Part shown: positions 52,617 to 64,000 of the stretch, in pieces | Layout: each line of letters starts with the position of its first letter | How positions within the stretch are numbered: position 1 is the first letter of the stretch | NCBI RefSeq assembly: GCF_001194135.2 | Contig: NC_068984.1 | Coordinates: 73,735,112 to 73,799,111, forward strand | DNA length: 64,000 bases | Origin: Octopus bimaculoides | Taxonomy: Eukaryota | Direction of reading: 5' to 3' | The notes under the pieces: model-generated | Told to the model about the DNA's origin: nothing | The model's input: only the letters and a program-made list of their open reading frames with translations | Databases searched by the model: none | Translations under genes and position numbers: made by a program

Positions 52617-52658
<42 letters not shown>

Positions 52659-52731
52659 GTATATGCATATATNNNNNNNNNNNNNNNNNNNNNNNNNNNN
52701 NNNNNNNNNNNNNNNNNNNNNNNNNNNNNNN

Positions 52732-52780
<49 letters not shown>

Positions 52781-53157
52781 CTATGTATGTATATATGCGT
52801 ATATATATGTATGTGGGTGTATTGGGTGTGTATACACGCACACATATATGCGTTTGTATTTATATGGATGTATAGTATGAATAAGTATCAATTTGTGAAT
52901 ATAGTCATTGTGTATGTATATATGTATATATGTATGTATATATGTATATCTGTATGTATGTATGTATGTATGTATGTATGTATGTATGTGTATGTGCTTG
53001 TATGCGTGTGTGTGTGTTTGTGTGTGAGCGTGTACTTTAAGTAGACGTTCTACGCGGTTGGTAGTGATAGGGGTGCCAATACTCCTATATTTATGGTATG
53101 TGTATGCTTAGTGCTTTTAAGACATGTGTGGGATAGATAAGATATAAAGGCAGTTAT

Positions 53158-53158
<1 letters not shown>

Positions 53159-53243
<85 letters not shown>
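53159..53243. repeat. (GATA)n microsatellite
   Basis: Seen directly. Confidence 0.95.
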
Positions 53244-53534
53244 GGAGTAAAAGGGTGTGTGAGGCAAGAAGAAAGGAATAGCATTGTGGCTGATGTGTAG
53301 TTGAGACAGTATAAGCCGAGAGATCCTCTAATTTCTATAAGTGGCTTAATAGGTTTGTAATTATTACGTAGCGCATCTTAAATAGCATTGTGTAACACGA
53401 TTTTTTTCCTTGAGTAACAATTATTTCCTATTTGCTTACCCGTGGAAGGTACGCATAATGGCTAATATTTCCTTCAAACTTTGCTTTTGTTACATTTATT
53501 CAAACCTCAAATAATTTCTCTCGGCAGATAGATA

Positions 53535-53670
53535 TGATGCTCCTCCACAACTCCTGCCCATGATCAGAGATACTCATGCTGTCAGTCACTAAGGGACGTG
53601 CTCAAGTATTTAAGGTCAAGCAACTGATGAGAAGCAAATCTGTGGTATTGAGCAGTATATTTGCTGTAAC
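53535..53670 (-). mobile_element. Internal fragment of the ~550-bp (TAA)-associated element
   Basis: gatgctcctccacaactcctgcccatgatcagagat...gcaaatctgtggtattgagcagtatatttgctgta matches 5328..5458. Confidence 0.75.
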
Positions 53671-54232
53671 GATACTTCTGCATCAGCAACTCAGCATTGA
53701 ATCGGTTTGAAATGTAATGGAAAATAAGTCAGTTTCAAAACATTGATGTTCAGGTCACAAAAGCAAAGTTTGAAGGTAATAGTAGTCATTTCCTTTGATT
53801 TCTAGATAGAAGCGAATAGACAATAACACCTGCAGACCAAAATGAAAATTTTAAAATTAAAATTTTGTTACATAGGAGAGAGGAATGTAAAGAAAACAAA
53901 GGAAATGTAAAAGCGAGGAAATATTATATGTCTATGAGAGGAAGAGGTATGAGAGTTAATATATGTTTGTGAGAGGGGGAAATGAGAGGATCGATTACGT
54001 ATGTGAGAGTGATGCATATGAAAGAAAGAGAGAGAAAGATGGAGAAAGAGAAGAGCGAGAAGTGGGGATAAGCGTGAAAAGGGAGTCAGAGTGAATTTTC
54101 TATTGGATGCTGAGAATTGACTCAGAGGAGAAGCGAGAAAGAGTGAGACTGATTAAAGACGCAGAGAGGTGGAAGGAGTCATCTGGTTTCTTCAATTTAA
54201 TGTATTATGAGACGACAAAGGGATAAAGAAGT

Positions 54233-54296
<64 letters not shown>

Positions 54297-54984
54297 GGCA
54301 GTCAGATTAATAAACAGAAGGGAAGCACTGGTCGATCAAGAAAATTATATATATATACACGAAAAATAAGCATAATGCAGATGGATTGAAGATATACTGG
54401 AGGTGCGAAAATCGTGTGTGGTAGGCGAGACTTCATACAGATGAAAATTATAAAGAGCTTATGAAGACTGGGATCCATAATCACGCTTCAACTGCTGCAA
54501 GGATAATAGTTTCAAATATTAACGTAAAGTCTATTTCTTCTCGTGATGTCCCTCGCTCAATCATCGCTTGGGAAGTTCAGAATTTAAGCGACTGTACATT
54601 GTCGGAAATACCTCCGTTTGCACAGTTTAATAAGAATATTAGATGTTGGAGGCAAGCTGATTCCAACTAACCTGTCATCCGACTTACAAGTGTTGGGTTT
54701 TCCATTCCAAGTGAATACTCCTACCTTAACAGTGATGAAACGTTTTTACAGTATGACAGTGAGATGGGAGATTCTAAACGAATACTAATATCGCAAGTGA
54801 CGAAGCACTTCGACAGTTAAAACAGCACAAGAACTATTTTGATAATAATTATATAGGATCACCTAGAGGAAGAGGACAGAGGAGGTGACGCCTTGAATCT
54901 CCATTTCCATTACCTACATGGAATGTCTGGGATCGATGTACGATGAGTGTGTGTGTGTGTGTGTGTGTTTAAAATAGAAAAAAA

Positions 54985-55232
54985 AAATAAATGCGCCCTT
55001 TTAAAGCCTAGCCAGGCTCATGGGCCCGGTTTCCCGGTTTCAATGGTGTATGTGTTTCCCAGATGGACGGGACACCAGTCCACCGCAGCGTCACTCATTT
55101 TTGCCAGCTGAGTGAACTGGAATAACGTGAAATGAAGAGTTTTGCTCAAGAACACAACGCGTCGCCCCGATCCAGGAATCGAAACCACAATCTTACGATC
55201 GTGATGCCTAAACACTGAGCCACACGCCTCCA
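54985..55232 (-). mobile_element. SINE family C copy
   Basis: cagctgagtgaactggaataacgtgaaatgaagagttttgctcaagaacacaac...ggaatcgaaaccacaatcttacgatcgtga; its 3' part differs from 12303..12625. Confidence 0.75.
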
Positions 55233-56065
55233 CGTGTATGCGTTTACGTCATAAGCATTTATAAACTTTCGAGAGAACATGATATGATTCTCTTTTGTAA
55301 TTGTGGATCTCGAAGCATATAAAGCTATAAGTAATAGCTTGAAAAACCCTTTTGGATAGAAGAAAAATTGGCTTTTATATGATATGTTAATATATTTAAT
55401 TCCATTTGCAAATACCATAACGACATTAATTAAATCGATATATTTAGTATACTGTCTCGGTGGTTTAATGAATACTCTGCACTTACACACACACATCTTC
55501 ACTTTCCACACTCTTCCTTTCTTTTCTCCTCTTCTCTCAACTCCGCTTTACCTCAATTCCTTTATCCTCCTCGTCCTCTTCCTCCCCCTTTTTCTTCTTC
55601 TTCTCCCCTGTCTGTCTGTCTGTCTGTCTGACTTCTTTTTCTTTTTATTAGTTTCTCTTTTATCAAAATAATTTGCAAGCATTTACGTTTAGTTCAGTAA
55701 AACACGTGGGAAAATTCGAGACACACTTTCCGAAATGGGACACGCGCTCCGTTGCTAACCATAAAACAGTTTGATAAAGTAACAAGAGAAAATAAAAAAA
55801 AAGTATATATTTGCACAAGAAAGAATGGAAGAGAGGAGGGGGTGTAGACATTTCTCATGTTGTTTTCTTGTCTTTTATACACTTATTTTTTGCCGTTTGT
55901 TTGTTTTCCTTCTCTATAATTTATAGATCTTGTTTTTGTTGTTGTTGTTGTTGTTAGAATTTTATTGTTTTACTGGTATATTTATTTAGTATTCGTCTAC
56001 TAGTCTATTGTTACTACCGTGGGGAATATGTATATATAATACACACACATACACACACACACACA

Positions 56066-56110
<45 letters not shown>

Positions 56111-56338
56111 NNNNNNNNNNNNNNNNNNNNNNNNNNNNNNNNNNNNNNNNNNNNNNNNNNNNNNNNNNNNNNNNNNNNNNNNNNNNNNNNNNNNNNNNNN
56201 NNNNNNNNNNNNNNNNNNNNNNNNNNNNNNNNNNNNNNNNNNNNNNNNNNNNNNNNNNNNNNNNNNNNNNNNNNNNNNNNNNNNNNNNNNNNNNNNNNNN
56301 NNNNNNNNNNNNNNNNNNNNNNNNNNNNNNNNNNNATG

Positions 56339-56376
<38 letters not shown>

Positions 56377-58939
56377 CATATATATACACATACACATATA
56401 CTGTCACAGCTTGTATATAAATGTAAGGTGCACACACCCACATCCACACATACATACACACACACACACGCACGTACCCCCACACCCTCACACATACACA
56501 CGCACCCACGCACACACTTTATCAGTGAGCCAATTCGTCCTTATTTTTCTTTGTGAAACAAGATGTCTCATTGTATTTGTGTATCTATGTCTGTATAAGA
56601 AGGCATATGTTAATTTATGTGAGCGTAGATGTATGTAAATACGTTTATTTGTCTCAATTTCTACACCTACATAGCTATTTACCTCACACACACACACACA
56701 CAGACACACACACAAACATATATATGCATGCATACATACTGTATACGAAGATTCATGCGTATACATGATGTATGTGTATATGTGCATATATACGTGTATA
56801 AAACATTCCCTCAATATACACAAGAGAAAAAAGCCAGGTCAGTTCCTCCTCAACTTTATTCGATTATCAAAGAATATGTATAAGAATATGTATATGTATT
56901 TTTCCATATGTGTATTTTCATACACTGTTTTTAACAATTTCACCTTAATATCAGAGAATGTGTGACAATCAGTATGTAACACTACAAAGTTCATACAAAG
57001 CTTTATACTTTAAATATATTTTATCATCAAAGAATGTATATGTGCATTTTAATACTCAAACTGTTTTTTAACATTTTTTATTATTCTCAAAGACTTTTGA
57101 TAATCTTTTTCTAAAAAAGTGAAACCGGTTAAGTAAATAAATATTTAAAANNNNNNNNNNNNNNNNNNNNNNNNNNNNNNNNNNNNNNNNNNNNNNNNNN
57201 NNNNNNNNNNNNNNNNNNNNNNNNNNNNNNNNNNNNNNNNNNNNNNNNNNNNNNNNNNNNNNNNNNNNNNNNNNNNNNNNNNNNNNNNNNNNNNNNNNNN
57301 NNNNNNNNNNNNNNNNNNNNNNNNNNNNNNNNNNNNNNNNNNNNNNNNNNNNNNNNNNNNNNNNNNNNNNNNNNNNNNNNNNNNNNNNNNNNNNNNNNNN
57401 NNNNNNNNNNNNNNNNNNNNNNNNNNNNNNNNNNNNNNNNNNNNNNNNNNNNNNNNNNNNNNNNNNNNNNNNNNNNNNNNNNNNNNNNNNNNNNNNNNNN
57501 NNNNNNNNNNNNNNNNNNNNNNNNNNNNNNNNNNNNNNNNNNNNNNNNNNNNNNNNNNNNNNNNNNNNNNNNNNNNNNNNNNNNNNNNNNNNNNNNNNNN
57601 NNNNNNNNNNNNNNNNNNNNNNNNNNNNNNNNNNNNNNNNNNNNNNNNNNNNNNNNNNNNNNNNNNNNNNNNNNNNNNNNNNNNNNNNNNNNNNNNNNNN
57701 NNNNNNNNNNNNNNNNNNNNNNNNNNNNNNNNNNNNNNNNNNNNNNNNNNNNNNNNNNNNNNNNNNNNNNNNNNNNNNNNNNNNNNNNNNNNNNNNNNNT
57801 CACTGGTACTTAATTTATCGACCCCTAAAGGATGAAAATAATGCAGGCATAAAATGATATCGCTCCCCAAAAACTTTTATTGGTGGTTGCGCGGTGAAAG
57901 TGTCATAGTCGCGTGAGTAAAGAGCATCATTATTACAATGAAAACGGGACAGACTACAGCTTTGCTTGTTTCTATGGAAAGAGACAGGAAGTGAGATTTA
58001 TGGTGCTCTTGGCTTTCGATTGGTTAAAATTGCTCAAGATTTGCAAAACATTTTGCTGTTAGCTTTTTATTTATGCAAAAAAAAAAAAAAAGAATTTGCT
58101 TCGTAACTAGAATACAAGACTAAATTGGTAATAACTAAACTGCAAAACAATTGCAAAAAAATTGAAAAAGAAAAACATGCAATACAGACAAATCCACACA
58201 CATAAATATGCCCACAGAAACAATTCCACAAACGCGCGCGCTAGAAGAGATATCTGGCGTTGTCTGCGTGCTCAATATGCAGAGGAATTTTTTCTCATTA
58301 AACTTAAATGACTTATAACAAGATTTTATATAGCATTCCGATAATTGAATATTTGCATTTACTTTGTTATGTTGATACATAAAGTAAGTGAGTCATTACA
58401 AACTTATATTCGAATAAATACTTTTATTTTCTAGTTACGTATTTATATATATATGCTATTGTTATCTGTGCGTGTGTATCCATGTATATCTGTATAGGAC
58501 GGCATTGATTTTTAATATCACGCAAGTTCTGTCTTAGTAAATCGGTGTCAATCTTTTTTGATGGTTTGTTCCGTTGAAATTTTGCTTTTTTACCTTTCTA
58601 AATTATAACTGTTGTATTAATTCGAATATGTTAAGCAGTCATGGAAACAACTGATAGACCATGGAAATAATTTTACAACTTTTAAATATATTTTAGTTGC
58701 TGAAGATCCAGAAGATAAGAGGGAAAGCATACTTATTTTGTTAAAGCTTAATATATCTGTCATAAATGCAAATGTTTCTCCTTACAGTAATTTGTATAAC
58801 TTGTGTCGAAGTTACTTAAGATTTTGTTCCTCTTGAACATTAAATGCTTGCTCATATATATCAATATATATTTCATAAAACACTTTTAACTTTTCTGGTT
58901 TCAGTCATAGGCTGGGGCCATGCTGGAGCACCACCTTTC

Positions 58940-59307
58940 ACTGTGTTTGCATTTCCTTTCTGTACTGTTTTTGGTGAAGTATTGAGTTGAACTGAGACAC
59001 TCTTTTTTGTGTCACCTGCAACAATGTGAGTTCATGTGGGATTCAGATGGAATTTTGTCCAGACACTCTCCATATCGCAAATCACTGAGTTTATTTGGCA
59101 GAATGTTGAAGAGCTGTGGACGCCTAAAGCCCAAGCTGTTACAGTACTGGGTCCTTATTCTAGAGGGAGAAGACGGGATCTTTGGTATTATGCAGTGCCA
59201 TCCAGTTCGGTGATTGGTATAGCTCTTAATTCCAAAGTCGGGAGCTAGATTTTCCAGGATCTTCCATATGTATATCACTGTATATATTTCACTCTTTCTC
59301 TCTAAGG
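58940..59307 (-). mobile_element. CR1/L2-group LINE 3' relic
   Basis: LERKSEIYTVIYIWKILENLAPDFGIKSYTNHRTGWHCIIPKIP...NSLGFRRPQLFNILP, a typical RT C-terminal region. Confidence 0.7.
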
Positions 59308-60660
59308 CAGTGGTTCTCAAAAGGTGCGCCCGGAAGATATCTCGGTGTGCCCTGAAATTTTCCAGGGATGTGCATTCAGATATAAAGAAGTAAATGCATA
59401 GCTACTTTCTTATACAGTTACCTTACAGATATACCGGTATTTCCATCAACACAAGATTATAACAACAGTGCTCTTCTTTGCAACAAAGTATACCCATACA
59501 AAATGGATATGTTTCTTATTAAAAAGAAGCATGATATTGATGAATGTGAACCTGGAAGTGAGCAAAACTTAAGTGAAGCAAGCTGTTCAAATAAGAAACT
59601 GAAACCGCGGCCTACTCGCAAGTGCAATGTAAGTTAAGCTTTGGTTTCACATGGACTTGAACTGAAGACCATCCTTTGCCGCTATGTTTAGTATGTGGAA
59701 ATAAAATGTCAAATGAATCCTTGCTTCCTAGTAAACTGAACAAACATTTAAAAACTAAACATCCTTATTTACAAGATAAATCTACAAATTATTTTAAGAA
59801 ATTGTCTGAACAGCAAACTAAAGCGGCAAATTCTTTTATAAATAAAATGACTGTCTCTAAGAAAGCTCAAATCGCTTCCTACCAAGTCTCAGAACTGATA
59901 GCACAAAATATGAAAGCTCATACTATAAGCGAGTCACTCATTTTGCCTGCGTGCAAAAAGGTAGTCTCGACAATGCTTGGGAATGAAGCGGCAAAAGAAA
60001 TAAGCAAGATTCCACTGTCCAACGATACAGTTCACTGGCACATTTTAGAAATGTTTTCTGATATCGAGGAAAATGTATGTAGCAATAAACTTAAGTATTC
60101 ACCTTTTGCAATTGCAAGTTGATGAATCAACAGACATCACCAACAAGGCGCAACTCTTAGCATTCATTCGTTTTATAGTAAATTAGTTTCTTTTTGGCAA
60201 AAAACAAAGTGTCGCTACAAAAGGAGAGGACGTTTTCAACATTATGAATACATACTTTGATAAATGGCAGTTATCATGGAAATCATGTGTGGGTATTTGT
60301 ACAGATGGAGCCCCTTCCATGGTAGGCTGTGTTAAGGGTCTCACAGCTTTTGTAAAAAAAAACAAAAAAAACACTGCTTTCTTCATAGAGAGGCCTTGAT
60401 GGCAAAAAACATTAGGAGAGGAACTAAAAGAAGTTTTAGATCAAGTTGTTCAGATGGTAAACTTTATTAAAACAAAACCTGTCAAATCTTGCATATTCGA
60501 ATAGGTTTGTATCGATATGGATTCTCAACACAAACGGCTGCTTTTATACACCAAAGTAAGGTGACTGTCAAGAGGAAAAGTACTTACCCGTGTACAGGAA
60601 CTACGACACGAACTTTTTGCGTTCTTTGAAGAAATGAAGCAATCTAATTTTTGTGACCTA
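59308..60660 (+). mobile_element. hAT (Buster/Charlie/SPIN-type) transposon, 3'-truncated, decayed transposase
   Basis: 5' end CAGTGGTTCTCAA after the 8-mer CTCTAAGG; ATG at 59503; BED finger CLVCGNKMSNESLLPSKLNKHLKTKH; LQVDESTDI, CTDGAPSMVG, CFLHREAL, LSRGKVL. Confidence 0.92.
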
Positions 60661-61029
60661 TCTATAGATAGATAGATAGAAAGGATTAATATAATAATAA
60701 TATAACTCGAGGATGGAAGATATCCGGCTTTAATAGCATGTCATAACGTATGTTTCTGCACCGGAAACCAGCTTGCAGTTGCTGAGTTTACATTCGTGTA
60801 CCATAAGATTATTCTTTAGAATTACTATATAATTCAATATTTATCAGTAACAACTGTGTTGGAGTGCTTCATGGGGTAGAATGGCTGCAGCCCAGTGCCT
60901 AAATCAATAATAATATAAAAGGAAATCAAAGCAAGAAATTACCCTATATCATGTCAATGCCTCTGTATAATGAATACAAATGTAATATACATGGCCTTAT
61001 TCGACTCACTTTACTTCTAGATTTACCTT

Positions 61030-61900
61030 CCTACAAATACATATATCAGTAGGATTCCTTTCAGACTAGAAATGAAGCTGGATTTCTGGCAGCTGATTGT
61101 TAGTGATAAGAGTACTTTTGCTAACGCTTTGCTGACAGTTGACTTGAAGGAAATAATTTTATGGTCGTCCTGTAAATGTCTGTCATGTTTGTTTTTCACA
61201 GGTGACTGTACAAGGTGCATTCTTCAAGCAAAGGAGAAAATAAAGGCAGTTGTGACAAAGACCATGAACAAGTCCACTTTGGGGGACTACCATGGGGTCT
61301 TCGTGAAGTGGCTGGAACGCTAAAACAAGGTTATTGAGGCCAGAGTATCCTATTTAGGAGATTGGAGTTTTGTGTTTTGAAATTGATAAAGGCTTTTCTT
61401 GAAAAACTTCAAAACGTCTGCAATGCACCTTGTAACATCTTTGGTTTCTAGGGAAATGAAACCTGCTGACCACATCAAGAAAAACACCTCATTTAGCTTT
61501 CCAGTGAAAGCTTCACCGCCATTTATGTACATTTCAGCCGCAATTAAATTTGCATTATAGACATCATTAATGGAAAATGAGCGTATAGTTTTATAATACT
61601 GAGAATTTTATCAAGAGCTATGCTGATGGGAGCTAACAGCAGGCTATCAATACATTCCTGATTTGGATGTTATGCTTAGAAGCTTTTGAAATGTCTTTAC
61701 GTATTGCTTCTTTGTCTCTGATATGTACACTTTCACAATGAGAACGTGTGAAGCACCTACATGAGCTAGATCATAGACTGCTCAAAGGATTTTGAAAAGA
61801 TTCTGTGCATTCTTTGTCTTAGTATACATTGCCCCTTGAGCACTTGCCTCAAGCCAGTCAGTTTTCATGAATTTAGAACTGAATTGTGGCCTTTTCTAAC
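61030..61900 (-). pseudogene. Possible decayed DNA-transposon coding relic (Academ-like?)
   Basis: Non-repetitive protein-like frames; SINDVYNANLIAAEMY(fs)KWR*SF resembles the DLxAAEAxYHxxC motif. Weak. Confidence 0.25.
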
Positions 61901-62879
61901 AATCTTAACTCGTTAAAGGCCTTGCATTTTTTTTTGTTATTTTTATCAAACCTATTGTGGCGACGTCCATTTCAGTGGTCAAGTTTGTCAGGTTTCAGGG
62001 GTAAAAGAGTATCTCTTATCGAGAATCCTAAGTATTTTTCATGTTAATCGCCGACTTCTCTTATCTAAATCTCTCACAACGAAATAAATGACGAAGAATA
62101 TATTCCTTTGTATTGCAATAGTAGATATAGACTACATGCGCTGTTAAACAAAAATAAAAAGAAATCAGAGATGCAGATTTACAAACGAAGGTAAGAAATA
62201 TTTTGAAACAAAATATCCTTATCACAAACAGTTGCTATTATATAAATGCGATACGTGAGCGCTATTGCTTATGAACGCAACAATCCTGGCTAATTTATCA
62301 ATTTATGAAAACTAACGTAGAGAAAGTTGCTTAGGTCTGGTCTTTTGAACTTGCCGACTGTCTGCATACATGTTAGAGAAAGGCCACTGACTACAATGAT
62401 ACAATGTATCATACTTGTAAGTGAATGGATGGGGAAATAGCGATGAATTAATCAAAGTAATGGGCAGAAATTGTAATAAAACATATGGAAGCAAAGGTGT
62501 AGAGAAATAAAGAAAAACAATGAGAGAAAAAAAATTATTAGGTTTTGTCTGAGGCATATCAAAGAGATCAGTATGAAAGACTAAAAGTTTTATGTCAATC
62601 ATAGACAAAATAGCTACAACTGGAATGAAGAGAAGACGAGTATTACATATTTTTTGGAACATACATTCGTTGTTTTTGCTGATCTTTTAATAGTAACAGA
62701 ACAATTGAGAAGGTGTTTTCTGTATTACAGGAAGTTGAGAGAGACTGGAGAGGAAGCATAAAAGTAGCCTTAATAGAAATGCCAAAGACAAAAATAGCAC
62801 AGAAAAGCAGGATCTGTATCCAAAGATGGACAAATAAGTGTAAAATAGGGTCGTTAATATCATTATTATTATTATTATT

Positions 62880-63025
62880 ATTTTATGTTTGACTTTTGTT
62901 TTGCATTTGTACAAGTTGGATCCAAGTCTCACCCAGAGACCTCAAGAGACAACAAGTTAGAAGTTCATGTAGGTGTTATGCCTAGAGTACCATATATTTG
63001 TATTTGTACAGTTTTGTTCAAGTGA
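62880..63025 (-). mobile_element. Short 3' end of a probable R4/Dong-type element within (TAA)n
   Basis: Minus strand ...ctcttgaggtctctgggtgagacttggatccaacttgtacaaatgcaaaacaaaagtcaaacataaaa-(AAT)n; TAA arrays on both sides. Family assignment is inferred. Confidence 0.45.
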
Positions 63026-63026
63026 A

Positions 63027-63164
<138 letters not shown>

Positions 63165-63714
63165 ATGCCCTGATGCAGTACAATGCAGTGGCTCTCAAGG
63201 CTTTTGATCTTAACTGATTGGAAGTGTTATCATGTACATTGTTTTGTCTTGATATAAAAAATATGGTCTACAGCAAATATTCTGCTCCATACCACAGATT
63301 TGCTTGTCATTTACTTGAGCTTAACCAGTTGAGCATGTCTCTTAATGACTGATGATATGTGTATCTCTGATCATGGGCAGAAGTAGTGGGGGGGGGACAT
63401 CATAGCCATGTGTTGAGAGGAATTCTTTTGGGTTTGAATAATACACCTCTGGAAAAGTTAAACACCTTTAAACAAACCTTATTCAGGGACCTTTTGAGCA
63501 GGATGGGCTATACGACTTGAACAAAATTGTAACTGGGCCCCACCTGCAAGGTCATGCGCTGTTTACCTTGATATGAGACCACCATGTCGCGCACATATGG
63601 TTGTGATGCATGTGCCTGGTGTACCCTTATCAGACTGGTAGTCATTATGGACATATTGGTCTTCGTATATTTTACCCCTGTGTCACTTTGATGCCATGTG
63701 CTACTCTCTCACTC
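63165..63714 (+). mobile_element. ~550-bp non-coding element, copy 3
   Basis: Same 5' end (aatgccctgatgcagta) and 3' end (ctctctcactc-aataat) as 319..872. Confidence 0.8.
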
Positions 63715-63734
63715 AATAATAATAGTATTAATAA

Positions 63735-63928
63735 TCCTTTCTAATATAGGCACAAGGCCAGAAATTTTGGGGGAGGGGGCCAGTCGATATGATCGACCCC
63801 AGTACGCAACTGGTACTTAATTTATCGACCGCGAAAGGATGAAAGGCAAAGTCGAACTCAGAACGTAGCGGCAGACGAAATACCGCATAGCATTTCACCA
63901 AGCGTGCTAACGATTTGGCCAGCTCACG

Positions 63929-63932
<4 letters not shown>
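63735..63932 (-). mobile_element. SINE family A copy followed by (AAT)n to the window end
   Basis: ggtacttaatttatcgaccgcgaaaggatgaaaggcaaagtcg... Confidence 0.8.

Positions 63933-64000
<68 letters not shown>

Noticed and set aside
58697-58786. Possible plus-strand exon (AEDPEDKRESILILLKL...)
   Set aside because: Weak donor, no consistent upstream or downstream exon.

Overview
AT-rich, microsatellite-dense eukaryotic scaffold with many N gaps. Composition and repeat families point to an octopod cephalopod (Octopus-like); this is an inference. The one securely identifiable gene is the 3' end of CFAP47 on the + strand: seven GT-AG exons, join(1321..1477,5743..5932,7266..7498,9950..10118,12969..13130,15639..15807,19082..19306), which splice into one stop-free 434-aa frame. 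The rest is mostly repeats. These include three tRNA-derived SINE families, R4/Dong-type fragments and a ~550-bp non-coding element sitting in (TAA)n, RTE, CR1/L2 and Penelope relics, a decayed DD36E Tc1 element, a truncated Buster/Charlie hAT, and piggyBac-, hAT-, mariner- and Helentron-type non-autonomous elements. The best leads are: (1) a tRNA-headed element carrying a minimal hammerhead ribozyme, in a head-to-head foldback at 42.9-43.5 kb; (2) a candidate three-exon, 63-aa secreted amidated-peptide precursor on the minus strand (39783 to 26095), low confidence; (3) Penelope terminal-repeat hammerheads with a non-canonical CUGUNGA core; (4) the DD36E (Incomer-type) transposon; (5) a CpG-decay boundary near 22 kb. 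Repeat boundaries are read by eye and approximate unless TIR/TSD positions are given. No CRISPR array, rRNA or intact tRNA gene was found.
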